Positions 17,167-28,440 of a DNA stretch of 64,000 bases are shown here, one piece after another. The stretch covers positions 1,288,008-1,352,007 of the forward strand of contig JBFWNU010000001.1 of assembly GCA_050250895.1 (NCBI GenBank). Direction: 5' to 3'. Positions within the stretch are counted from its first letter, which is position 1, and the number at the start of each line of letters is the position of its first letter. A model generated the notes under the pieces. The model saw nothing but the letters and a program-made list of their open reading frames with translations. It ran no database searches and was not told the origin of the DNA. The stretch is from Vulcanimicrobiota bacterium (GTDB lineage: Bacteria; Vulcanimicrobiota; Xenobia; Xenobiales; JADMJV01). The position numbers and the translations under genes are program-made.

Positions 17167-18258
17167 TCAGTTTTCGGCCTGGCTGTCGATTCTTCCCTGC
17201 TCGACGGTGAGGGTGTGGGCCTTTTGGGGTAGGTTCAGCGGACTGGCCGAGGTCACGAAGACCTGGGGGTAGTGACTGAGCAACTCGAGCAGGCGCGTCT
17301 GGCGTCCGGGGTCTAGTTCAGAGAAGCAGTCGTCGAGCAGCACGATGGCCTTTTCATGGCCAAGCTCGCTGAGCAGGTGGGCTTCGCTCAAGCGCATGGC
17401 CAGGGCGGCGGTGCGTTGCTGGCCCTGCGAGCCGAAGCGGCGTAGTTCGCGCCCGCCCAGATGCAGGCTCAGGTCGTCGCGGTGGGGGCCCACCAGCGTT
17501 CGGCGCTGGCGCAACTCGGCACGCCGGGTTGCGACCAGGCGGGCGGCGAATTCCTCGGCTTCAACCGGAGCCCCGGGCAGGTAGCCACAGGTTAGGTCGG
17601 CTTCTTCGGCCGCCAGGGCCCGATAGAAATAGGTGAGTTGGTCAGCCAGGTGCAGGCTCAGTTGTTGGCGTCGTTCGATGAGTCGAGTGCCGAGTTCGAT
17701 CAACAGCGAGTCCCAGGGGGCGAGTTCCTCGGCACGGGGGTTGCCCTCCCGTAGCAACTGGTTGCGCTGGGCTAGCGCCTTCTGATAGTTGGCCAGGTTG
17801 GAGAGGTAGGCGGGGTAGAGTTTGCACAGCAGCAGGTTCAGGTAGCGCCGTCTCCCCGACGGGCTGCCCCCTACCAGAGCCAGATCCTCGGGGGTGAACA
17901 GGGCTACCGGCAGCTCTCCCAGGAAGTCGGCCAGGCGCACGATAGGTCGGCCCATCAAAAGGGCTGTTTTCTTGACGCCGCGACCACTTTTCTTCCAGCG
18001 TACCTCTAGCCGGCGCTTGCGACCCGAATCGCGCTCGAGCACGGCCACGATCGAGCCTTCACTCTGGCCCCAACGGATGAGTTCCGCCTCGGTCTGAGCT
18101 CGGAAGGAGCGTGCGCTGGCCAGCACGTAAATGGCTTCGAGGAACGCGGTTTTGCCCTGGGCATTGCGTCCGGTCAAGACGGTCAAGCCCTCCCCGGCGC
18201 AGAGCCGCAATTGCTCGTACAGCCGAAAATTTGTGAGCTCCAGGCTGCTTAGCCGCAC
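17167..18258 (-). CDS. recF: DNA replication and repair protein RecF
   Basis: NFR, GRNAQGKT, GPHRDD, GSQGQQRT, LLDDCFSELD. Confidence 0.95.
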   Translation of the reverse strand: MRLSSLELTNFRLYEQLRLCAGEGLTVLTGRNAQGKTAFLEAIYVLASARSFRAQTEAELIRWGQSEGSIVAVLERDSGRKRRLEVRWKKSGRGVKKTALLMGRPIVRLADFLGELPVALFTPEDLALVGGSPSGRRRYLNLLLCKLYPAYLSNLANYQKALAQRNQLLREGNPRAEELAPWDSLLIELGTRLIERRQQLSLHLADQLTYFYRALAAEEADLTCGYLPGAPVEAEEFAARLVATRRAELRQRRTLVGPHRDDLSLHLGGRELRRFGSQGQQRTAALAMRLSEAHLLSELGHEKAIVLLDDCFSELDPGRQTRLLELLSHYPQVFVTSASPLNLPQKAHTLTVEQGRIDSQAEN

Positions 18259-18305
18259 CCGGCCTGTTTCGGTGGTTGGCGGGCTTGCCCTTCGGGAGGA
18301 AGACC

Positions 18306-19460
18306 TTGCGTATCGCGATGGTGTCGGATTGCTATCACCCGGTGATCAACGGAGTTGTGACTTCGGTGAGTTGCCTGGTGAAGGCCCTCGAGGTCCAGGG
18401 TCTCGAGGTCGAGCTGTTTGTGCCCGATGACCATCGCCCCTACCAGGACGAGGGGGTGATTCATCGGTTTGCCTCGGCTCCCTTCTGGTTGCACAAAGAG
18501 GAGAGATTCACTTATCCGTGGCCGCCAGCAGCCGTCAGGCCCCTGTGGACGGGCAGGTTCGATCTGGTCCATATCCATACGCCCTTCAATCTGGGCGGGT
18601 TGGCTGGCGCGGTGGCGGCGGTGCGGGGGTTGCCCAGGGTTTTCACTCACCACACCCTGTGGGAGGAGTATAGCCATTATTTGCCTTTGCCGCAGCGATG
18701 GGTCAAGCCGCTGGCGGTCTGGATCTGTCGCACCATGTGCCAGGTCTCGCAGAGGGTGGTGGCCCCCAGCCGTGAGGTGCGCGAACGGCTGCGTGCCCAG
18801 CAAGTTACCCGGCCCATTGACGTCATTCCCACCGGCATCGACCCCGACGTCTTTCGTGGGGGTGACCCGAGCCTGGCGGAATCGTGGCTGGGTCTTGAAT
18901 CGGGCCAGGCCTTGTTCCTGCATATCGGGCGGGTGGCACGAGAGAAGTCGATCGAGGTGGTGTTGCGCTGTTTTGCCGAGGCCAGTCGCCAGCGTCCGGG
19001 GTTGAAGCTCGCGGTGGTGGGAGATGGGCCTGCGCGGGCCGAGATGGAGGCGTTGGCGGGCTCGCTGGAAGCAGACATCACCTTTCTGGGTTTTCGTCCC
19101 CGCAACGAACTGAAGCACCTGATGGCCCGGGCTCGGGGGTTGCTCTTTGCTTCTCAGACCGAGACCCAGGGGTTGGTGTTGCTCGAAGCTCAGGCGGCCG
19201 GAGTGCCGGTGGTGGCCGTGGCCGCTTCCGGGACCAGCGAGGGGGTCGACCCGGGCCGTTCCGGACTACTGCTCGAGCCGGGAGACGAAAGAAGTTTCGT
19301 GGGGGCCATTTTACGACTGCTGGACGATGCAAAATTCTTCCAGGAATTAAGCCGAAATGCTCGCCTTTTTGCTCAGGAATTTTCTTCAAGTTCAATGGCT
19401 GAGAAAATGGTGCGCTGCTATTCTCTTGCCATCGCGCAAAAGGGCCAAAAACACCCGTAA
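18306..19460 (+). CDS. GT4 glycosyltransferase (diacylglycerol glucosyltransferase-like)
   Basis: DCYHPVINGV, HIHTPF, GRVAREK, ETQGLVLLEAQAAG. Confidence 0.88.
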   Translation: MRIAMVSDCYHPVINGVVTSVSCLVKALEVQGLEVELFVPDDHRPYQDEGVIHRFASAPFWLHKEERFTYPWPPAAVRPLWTGRFDLVHIHTPFNLGGLAGAVAAVRGLPRVFTHHTLWEEYSHYLPLPQRWVKPLAVWICRTMCQVSQRVVAPSREVRERLRAQQVTRPIDVIPTGIDPDVFRGGDPSLAESWLGLESGQALFLHIGRVAREKSIEVVLRCFAEASRQRPGLKLAVVGDGPARAEMEALAGSLEADITFLGFRPRNELKHLMARARGLLFASQTETQGLVLLEAQAAGVPVVAVAASGTSEGVDPGRSGLLLEPGDERSFVGAILRLLDDAKFFQELSRNARLFAQEFSSSSMAEKMVRCYSLAIAQKGQKHP

Positions 19461-19511
19461 AAACAGCGTTTTTTGCAGGAGTTCCCAGGGCCGACTGAGA
19501 ACCTCGGATAG

Positions 19512-21593
<2,082 letters not shown>

Positions 21594-21602
21594 GAGCCTG
21601 GT

Positions 21603-24167
21603 ATGCCGATCGAGGATAGGGAACTCAAGCTAACTCCCATTGTCAACGAGATGAAAGACGCCTACATGGATTATGCCATGAGCGTCATCGTCTCGCGCGC
21701 CCTGCCGGATGTGCGAGATGGGTTAAAGCCCGTCCATCGGCGCATTCTCTACACCATGCGCGAAGAGAATATCACCCCCGATCGGCCCTTCAAGAAGTCG
21801 GCCTCGACCGTGGGCAACGTGATCGCGCGCTACCACCCTCACGGTGACATGGCAGTCTACGATGCCATGGTGCGTATGGCCCAGGACTTCAACATGCGCT
21901 ACCTGCTGGTGCAGGGTCACGGTAACTTTGGCTCGATCGACGGCGACTCGGCGGCTGCCCATCGCTACACCGAATCGCGGCTGTCCCGCATCTCGATGGC
22001 CTTGCTCGATGACCTCGACAAAGATACCGTTGACTGGCGTCCAAACTTCGACGCCTCGACCGAAGAACCGACCGTGTTGCCGGCCAAGGTGCCAGCCCTG
22101 TTGCTCAATGGGTCTGACGGCATTGCGGTGGGCATGGCCACCAAGATTCCTCCGCATAACCTGACCGAGGTGGTCGATGCCCTGCTGGCTTTGCTCGAGA
22201 ACGAAGAGTTGACGGTCGACGAGTTGATGAGGTTCATCCCCGGGCCGGACTTCCCCACCGGGGCTCAGATCCTGGGCCAGCAGGGTATTCGCGAGGCCTA
22301 TCGCACCGGGCGTGGCTCGATCGTCATGCGAGCCTGCATCGAGACCGAAGACCGACCCCGCGACCGCCAGGCGTTGATCGTGACCGAGATTCCTTATCAG
22401 GTCAACAAGTCTCGCCTGCTCGAGAAGATCGCCCAGAATATCCGCGAGAAACGCATCGAAGGCATCTCGGACCTGCGCGACGAGTCCGACCGCCGCGGCA
22501 TGCGCATCGTGATGGAACTCTCTTCGGGGGCCCATCCCGAAGTGGTGATGAACCAGCTTTACAAACATAGCGAGTTGCAGAGCAACTATGGCGCCAACAT
22601 GGTGGCTCTCATCAACGGCGTGCCCCGGGTGCTCGACCTGCGCACGATCTTGCTCGAGTTTCTCAAGCATCGGCGTGAAGTGGTTACCCGGCGTTCGCGC
22701 TACTTGCTCGACAAGGCCGAAAAACGGGCCCACATCGTCGAGGGTTTGCTCAAGGCCCTCGACCACATCGATGAAATCATCAAGCTCATTCGAGCCTCGG
22801 CCGACGCTAATATCGCTCGCGACGGTTTGATGAGCGAGTTCGGCTTTTCTGAGCCCCAGGCTCAGGCCATTCTAGACATGCGCCTGCAGCGTCTGACCGG
22901 TCTCGAGCGCGAGAAGCTCGATTCTGAGTATGCCCAGCTGCAAGAGACCATCCAGTACCTGCGGGGGCTCTTGGATGACCCCAAGAAACTCGATGGCGTC
23001 ATCAAAGACGAACTCGACGAAATCAAAGCCCAGTTCGGCGACGAGCGACGCAGCGAGATCGTGCCCTACGTGTTTGGCGATTTCAACATCGAGGATCTGA
23101 TTGCCGAAGAGCGGATGGTGGTGACCATTTCTGGCTCCGGCTACATCAAACGTGTGCCCTTCGACACTTACAAGAGTCAGAAGCGCGGCGGTCGGGGCGT
23201 CTCCGGTACGGGTCTCAAAGATGAAGACTACCTCGAGCACCTGTTTGTGACCAGCACCCACCATTTCTTGCTGTTCTTTACCACCAAGGCTCGGGTCTTC
23301 AAGATGAAGGTGCATCAGATCGCCGAGTACTCGCGGACGGCACGAGGGGTCGCTCTGGTCAACTTGCTCCAGGTCGATCAAGACGAAGGCGTGGCCGCTA
23401 TCATTCCCGTGCGCAGCTTCGAAGAGGGTGGATTCATCGTCACCTGCACCCGCTCTGGGATCGTCAAGCGCACCGAGCTCGAGGCTTATTCGAACATCAA
23501 CACCTCGGGCATCATCGCCCTTAACCTGCGCGAGGGCGATGAGTTGGTGAGCGTGCGGCTGTCTCCGGGCGATGAAGAGTTGATCGTGGTCACCAAGCAA
23601 GGCATGTCGATTCGCTTCACCGAAGAAGAGGTGCGCTCTATGGGACGCACCGCCACCGGCGTGAAAGGCATCAGGCTGCGCGAAGACGACGTGGTGGTCA
23701 GCATGGACTCGGCTCGCGACGGCACCGACCTGCTCATCGTGACCGAGACCGGTTATGGAAAGCGCACTCCCCTCGACCAGTACCCGCTCCAGGGTCGCGG
23801 CGGCCAGGGGGTCAAGACGCTGCAGCAAACCGAGAAGACCGGCACCGTGGTGGGAGCCCGCGTGGTTTCAGAAGAGCACGAGTTGATGGTTTCGACCCAT
23901 CAGGGCACCCTGATTCGCACGCCGGTCCGCGATATCTCGCAGATTGGCCGCAACACCCAGGGCGTTCGCATCATCCGTTTGGGCGAGCATGATGTGGTCA
24001 CGGCCATCGCTCGCATCGTGCCCGAAGAAGACGACGAAGAGGGCGAAGAGTTCGAAGGCGAACTGGCCGAGGACGGGCTCGATGAGGGGGTCCAAGCCGA
24101 AGAGGAACCGAACGAAGACGAGGAGTTGGGCGAGAGCGCCGGCTCTGAAGAAGAGACCGAAGAATAG
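21603..24167 (+). CDS. gyrA: DNA gyrase subunit A with acidic tail
   Basis: [19 protein letters not shown], catalytic RYTE, GyrA-box QKRGGRG. Confidence 0.97.
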   Translation: MPIEDRELKLTPIVNEMKDAYMDYAMSVIVSRALPDVRDGLKPVHRRILYTMREENITPDRPFKKSASTVGNVIARYHPHGDMAVYDAMVRMAQDFNMRYLLVQGHGNFGSIDGDSAAAHRYTESRLSRISMALLDDLDKDTVDWRPNFDASTEEPTVLPAKVPALLLNGSDGIAVGMATKIPPHNLTEVVDALLALLENEELTVDELMRFIPGPDFPTGAQILGQQGIREAYRTGRGSIVMRACIETEDRPRDRQALIVTEIPYQVNKSRLLEKIAQNIREKRIEGISDLRDESDRRGMRIVMELSSGAHPEVVMNQLYKHSELQSNYGANMVALINGVPRVLDLRTILLEFLKHRREVVTRRSRYLLDKAEKRAHIVEGLLKALDHIDEIIKLIRASADANIARDGLMSEFGFSEPQAQAILDMRLQRLTGLEREKLDSEYAQLQETIQYLRGLLDDPKKLDGVIKDELDEIKAQFGDERRSEIVPYVFGDFNIEDLIAEERMVVTISGSGYIKRVPFDTYKSQKRGGRGVSGTGLKDEDYLEHLFVTSTHHFLLFFTTKARVFKMKVHQIAEYSRTARGVALVNLLQVDQDEGVAAIIPVRSFEEGGFIVTCTRSGIVKRTELEAYSNINTSGIIALNLREGDELVSVRLSPGDEELIVVTKQGMSIRFTEEEVRSMGRTATGVKGIRLREDDVVVSMDSARDGTDLLIVTETGYGKRTPLDQYPLQGRGGQGVKTLQQTEKTGTVVGARVVSEEHELMVSTHQGTLIRTPVRDISQIGRNTQGVRIIRLGEHDVVTAIARIVPEEDDEEGEEFEGELAEDGLDEGVQAEEEPNEDEELGESAGSEEETEE

Positions 24168-24224
24168 TCGAGCTTTGTCGATCAGGGCGGCGCTCGTTCG
24201 ACCCATCGGTGAAAGGAGTTTCCG

Positions 24225-24848
24225 ATGAAGCTTTATGGAACCCCTCCGACTCGGGTCATCCGGGTCTTATGGCTGCTCAACGAACTCGGTCTTGAATGCG
24301 AGATGGTGCCCGTCGACCTTCGCGCCGGCGAGCATCGCACCGACCGCTTTCTGGCCATCAATCCTGCCGGCAAAGTGCCGGTGCTGGTGGATGGCGAGGT
24401 GGTCTTGACCGAATCGGCGGCCATCGCGCTCTATCTGGCCGAGAAATGTCCCGACCAGGGTCTGATTCCTCAAAATCTGGGCCTGCGCGCCCAGATGTAC
24501 CGCTGGATCTTCTTCCTGGTCACCGAGATCGAGCAGCCACTCTGGCGGATGGCCCGCCATTCTTCGATCTACCCCGAAGAGCAACGGCTGCCCGCTGACG
24601 TCAAACTAGCCGCCAGCGAGTGCAAGCAGATGGCGGCCGTGCTCGAAGAGCACATGCGAGGACGTGAGTTCCTGGTGGGCGACGGCTTGACGGTGGCCGA
24701 TCTCTTGGCTGCCTATACACTGGACTGGGCCGGCCAGGTCAAGCTTCTCGAGCAGTGCCCGAATCTCAAGGCCTTCGTCGCTAGAATGTACGCCCGACCG
24801 ACGGCCCCGCCCACCATTGCTGAGGCCTTCGCTGCTCTGCAGAGCTAG
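24225..24848 (+). CDS. Glutathione S-transferase family protein
   Basis: INPAGKVPVL..LTESAAI..FLVGDGLTVAD; AAAGGAG RBS. Confidence 0.9.
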   Translation: MKLYGTPPTRVIRVLWLLNELGLECEMVPVDLRAGEHRTDRFLAINPAGKVPVLVDGEVVLTESAAIALYLAEKCPDQGLIPQNLGLRAQMYRWIFFLVTEIEQPLWRMARHSSIYPEEQRLPADVKLAASECKQMAAVLEEHMRGREFLVGDGLTVADLLAAYTLDWAGQVKLLEQCPNLKAFVARMYARPTAPPTIAEAFAALQS

Positions 24849-24851
24849 AGG

Positions 24852-25331
24852 CTAGGCGAGTTCCAGGGTGGCGCGCACCAGGCCCAGCGCCAACGTCGAG
24901 AGGCCGCCAGCGGCCGGAGCGGCCAACGAGAGGGCCGAGGCGGCCGCGATGCCCAGGTCGAGCGCGCCGACGACTTTGAGGTGCTGGTTGTTCTCGCGCA
25001 AGCCGCGTTCTAGTTCGAAGCCGCCTCGAACCAGGTGGACCCCAGTCGAGGCGATGGCTAAGAGCGGGGTCAATTGGCGCCAGGTCGTGCCGGGTTGGAA
25101 GTGGCGGGTGAAGTCGGGATTGACGTGAACGCCACCCGGGTTGATGGTCACCCCGCCTGGAGGAAAGGCGTCGGAATAAGCCGCCAGGCCCGCGAGGGCC
25201 CCGGCGGCGGGCCCGAAGGTATAGGCGGGTAACGCCATGGCCTTATCCCACAGGAAGGGTTCATCTTGCTTGGGCTGGGACGGTCGGGGGGGCGAAAAGA
25301 CAGGGCTAGGGCGCAGCGTTTGGATCCTCAT
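24852..25331 (-). CDS. Hypothetical membrane-associated protein
   Basis: Pro-rich N-terminus followed by Gly/Ala-rich hydrophobic segments. Confidence 0.55.
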   Translation of the reverse strand: MRIQTLRPSPVFSPPRPSQPKQDEPFLWDKAMALPAYTFGPAAGALAGLAAYSDAFPPGGVTINPGGVHVNPDFTRHFQPGTTWRQLTPLLAIASTGVHLVRGGFELERGLRENNQHLKVVGALDLGIAAASALSLAAPAAGGLSTLALGLVRATLELA

Positions 25332-25383
25332 AGCCCGATTCATAGCCGATGGGGTTAATCGGGATGTGTCCCGGAGGTTAACT

Positions 25384-25890
25384 TCAAAACGGCAGGTGCC
25401 GCCGCCAGGCGACCCGGCGCTGGATCCGACGGCTGATGCGTCCGAGTTGATGGAGCACCTGCTCAGGGTTGAAAAAGCTCTCAGGGGGCATTTCCTGGTC
25501 GACGAGCACCACTAGACGATCTCCCCGGGCGGCCTTTTTTAGGCCCGGGCGGTCGGTGGTGGTGGCCTGGTGGCTGTCCCACAGCACCAACACGGCCCTG
25601 GGGTTCCACCCCTCACGGTCACAGACTTGCAGGGCGGCCTCGAGTTTGCCGGCGCTGGCGGTTTGCGACGCCAACACCAGCAGCAGCGCTTCTTCGCCAG
25701 ATAGGGGAGCCACCCCCATCAGTTCGCCCTGAAGCTCTTGGCCCGTGGCTGGACCGAGATAGAGCACCAGCGAATCCGAGCCGACCACGCGCAGGCGATA
25801 ACCCCGCTGCAGTTCCCAATGGTCGCTCGGGCCATCCGCCTGCCGGGGATGGTTCAGGTAGTGCAAGACCAGCCGGGGGCGATCAGTGAT
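25384..25890 (-). CDS. Hypothetical protein (start uncertain: ATC 25890 or TTG 25866)
   Basis: Open frame directly after the dehydratase stop; alpha/beta-like sequence. Confidence 0.45.
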   Translation of the reverse strand: MTDRPRLVLHYLNHPRQADGPSDHWELQRGYRLRVVGSDSLVLYLGPATGQELQGELMGVAPLSGEEALLLVLASQTASAGKLEAALQVCDREGWNPRAVLVLWDSHQATTTDRPGLKKAARGDRLVVLVDQEMPPESFFNPEQVLHQLGRISRRIQRRVAWRRHLPF

Positions 25891-26923
25891 ATTCCACCTT
25901 GCCGCTGGCGGTGCGGATCGGGACCTGGCGTAGCCACAGCGACTTTTGCCACCATTTCGGGTTGTCTTGATACCACTGGATGGTTTTGCGCAGGCCTTCT
26001 TCGAAGTCGGTGTCGGCCGACCAGTCGAGCAGTTTCTTGGCCTTGTCCACCGATGAGGTGTGGCGGAAGACCTGACCCGGGCGGTCGCCAACAAAGGTAA
26101 TGTTCGAGGCCGCTCCGGTCAGTTCTTTGATCTTCTCGGCGATCTCGAGCACGCTGATGGAGCGAGCGGTGCCCAGGTTGATCACCTCGCCCTTGACGGT
26201 GTCGATGGGTGCGTGCAGGGCCTTGTCCAAAGCTCGACAGTGGTCCTCGACATAGAGCCAGTCGCGCATGGCCTCACCCTTGCCGTGGACGGTCATGGGC
26301 TCGCCCAGGATGCACGAGGTGATAAAGCGTGGCACCACCTTCTCGAGGTGCTGATAGGGGCCATAGTTGTTAAAGGGCCGGATGATGACCAACGGCAGGT
26401 CGTAGGTGGCCCAGTAGCTATAGACCAGGCGGTCGGCGCCGGCTTTGGCGCTGGCATAGGGGCTCATGGGCTTGAGCGGGTGCTCTTCGTCCATCACCTC
26501 GGCGTCGGCTGTGCCATACACCTCCGAGGTCGAGATGTGAATCATACGTTCGATTCGGTCGCGGTGTTTGAGGACCGCGTTCGAAACCACCTGGGTGCCC
26601 ATGACGTCGGTTTCGAAGAAGATCCAGTTGTCGTAGATCGAGCGCGTGACGTGACTTTCGGCGGCGAAGTGAACCACCATGTCGCTCTGCGAAACGAGCG
26701 TGTCGACCAGCTCGCCATTGCGCACGTTTCCATACCAGAACACCAGGCGGGCGTTGCCGTTGGCCGGGTGGTCCAGCATCTCGCGAGGCAGGTTATCCAT
26801 GTTGCCGGCATAGGTGAGCAAGTCCAGAACCACCACTCGATAGTCGGGATATTTGTCGAGCAGATAGCGCACGAAGTTGCTACCGATGAATCCCGCCCCG
26901 CCGGTCACTAGAATCGTCTTCAT
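25883..26923 (-). CDS. dTDP-glucose 4,6-dehydratase-like NAD-dependent enzyme
   Basis: TGGAGFIG, LTYAGN, AAESHV, STSEVYG, YASAK, NNYGPYQ. Confidence 0.88.
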   Translation of the reverse strand: MKTILVTGGAGFIGSNFVRYLLDKYPDYRVVVLDLLTYAGNMDNLPREMLDHPANGNARLVFWYGNVRNGELVDTLVSQSDMVVHFAAESHVTRSIYDNWIFFETDVMGTQVVSNAVLKHRDRIERMIHISTSEVYGTADAEVMDEEHPLKPMSPYASAKAGADRLVYSYWATYDLPLVIIRPFNNYGPYQHLEKVVPRFITSCILGEPMTVHGKGEAMRDWLYVEDHCRALDKALHAPIDTVKGEVINLGTARSISVLEIAEKIKELTGAASNITFVGDRPGQVFRHTSSVDKAKKLLDWSADTDFEEGLRKTIQWYQDNPKWWQKSLWLRQVPIRTASGKVEYH

Positions 26924-26934
26924 GATTTACTCCT

Positions 26935-27627
26935 TCATTTTGCCCCGCAGGTCAGGACCTGACGGCTCTCAGGGCCGTGGTTGAACATCAGGTCAACCAC
27001 CGACAAGTAGGGCTCGAACTCCCCAAATTTCTGGCGATACCGGGGGTGCTCGTAGTTGTGCCAATGCACTTTCACACCCGCCGTTTCGAAGCTCGCCTCG
27101 TCGAGATAGTCACGAGCGGCATCGCCTGTCAGATAGTCGGTGACCCCAAATTTCTGGCAGATTCCCACAAGCCTCTCTGTCTTCCTCCCCGGAATCCCCA
27201 GGGTCGAGGAAAGCTCGACTTTCCAGGGCATTCCCAGCAGTTGGGTCAGGGTCTTCAAGACGGCCAGATTGAGATCGAGGAGCTTTTCCCAGGGCTGCGA
27301 GAGCACCGCCTCGAGGGGGGGAAAGACCTGCTCGAAGAACGGGGTCTTCGAATAGGCCTGACGCAGGCTGGCCAAATGCTTCTTGGGCCAGGGCTGGTCG
27401 TTGTTGATCAGCACCTGGTTGTTGTCGGGTTTAGCTCGCCCTTTCGTGAGCACCGGCACCGTCAGCCAGCTCACTCCATTGGGCGTCTTGATGCGGTTGC
27501 GATTCCGCCAGCCGTGTTTGTCGAATTGGACATCGTCGTAAAGCACGAACACGTCGGCCCAGTCGTACTGATCGAGGTATCCGAGCCAGGGCAAATAACT
27601 CGGTTGAAGGACCACCAGCCGTTTCAT
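26935..27627 (-). CDS. WbqC-family protein
   Basis: QPSYLPWLGY..DDVQF..WRNRNRIK..LSVVDLMFNHG. Confidence 0.9.
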   Translation of the reverse strand: MKRLVVLQPSYLPWLGYLDQYDWADVFVLYDDVQFDKHGWRNRNRIKTPNGVSWLTVPVLTKGRAKPDNNQVLINNDQPWPKKHLASLRQAYSKTPFFEQVFPPLEAVLSQPWEKLLDLNLAVLKTLTQLLGMPWKVELSSTLGIPGRKTERLVGICQKFGVTDYLTGDAARDYLDEASFETAGVKVHWHNYEHPRYRQKFGEFEPYLSVVDLMFNHGPESRQVLTCGAK

Positions 27628-28433
27628 GCCACGCCGGCCGTGATCGGTTCCCACAACTTCCAGAAATGCTGATAGGCCACCCGGGTGCCGACATCGATCG
27701 GTCGCCCTTCGAGGTGAACCACATCGTGGCGGCCTTCGGCCAGAAATCGGGTGAAGGCGAGCGTGAATTCGGATTCGTCCGAATTCTCGTCGATCTGCTC
27801 CAAGAAGGTGGCCGAAAAGACCGTGCGGCCGAAGCCTCGCACCGACCGTTTGCGATTAGAGAGTTGGGGAGTGCCGGTTTCGCCGAGCAGACCGACCAGC
27901 GTATAAACGGGACCCTCGCCGGTGACTTCAAAGCCCCGGGCGCCAGCGAAAAGCTCCGTCTCGGCCACCGGGACCGAGACCATCGAGGACAGGGTTTGCT
28001 GGCCTTGATAGTGGCTCACCAGTTGGGCCGTCGCCCCGGGCGAGCCCATCAGCAGCTGGTCGGGCAGCAACATTACGAAGGGCATCCCTTTGATCGCCTT
28101 GCGGGCCGCCAGCAGGGCGTCGCCCAGACCGAGCGGCTCTTTTTGGATGACGAAATCGAGCTGCATGCTCTTGGGCACCGGACCGGGGCAGTGGGCCCGC
28201 TCGGGAAACGGATAAGGCTCCGTGAGATGCCGCTGGAGGATCTCTTTTCCCTCGCGCAATACGATGATGACGTGCTCGATGCCCGCCTCTTTGAGTTCGT
28301 CGATGGCGTGCTCGATGAGCGGCTTGTGCCCCAGTGGCAGGAGTTCTTTGGGGACCACCCGGGTGAGAGGTAGCATGCGGGTGCCCAGGCCGGCGCACGG
28401 AATGACCGCGGTCTTGACGGGAACTGGATTCAA
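27624..28433 (-). CDS. GalU-like sugar-phosphate nucleotidyltransferase
   Basis: AVIPCAGLGTRMLP..PKELLP, QKEPLGLGDA, DVG. Confidence 0.85.
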   Translation of the reverse strand: MNPVPVKTAVIPCAGLGTRMLPLTRVVPKELLPLGHKPLIEHAIDELKEAGIEHVIIVLREGKEILQRHLTEPYPFPERAHCPGPVPKSMQLDFVIQKEPLGLGDALLAARKAIKGMPFVMLLPDQLLMGSPGATAQLVSHYQGQQTLSSMVSVPVAETELFAGARGFEVTGEGPVYTLVGLLGETGTPQLSNRKRSVRGFGRTVFSATFLEQIDENSDESEFTLAFTRFLAEGRHDVVHLEGRPIDVGTRVAYQHFWKLWEPITAGVA

Positions 28434-28440
28434 GCTTCGG

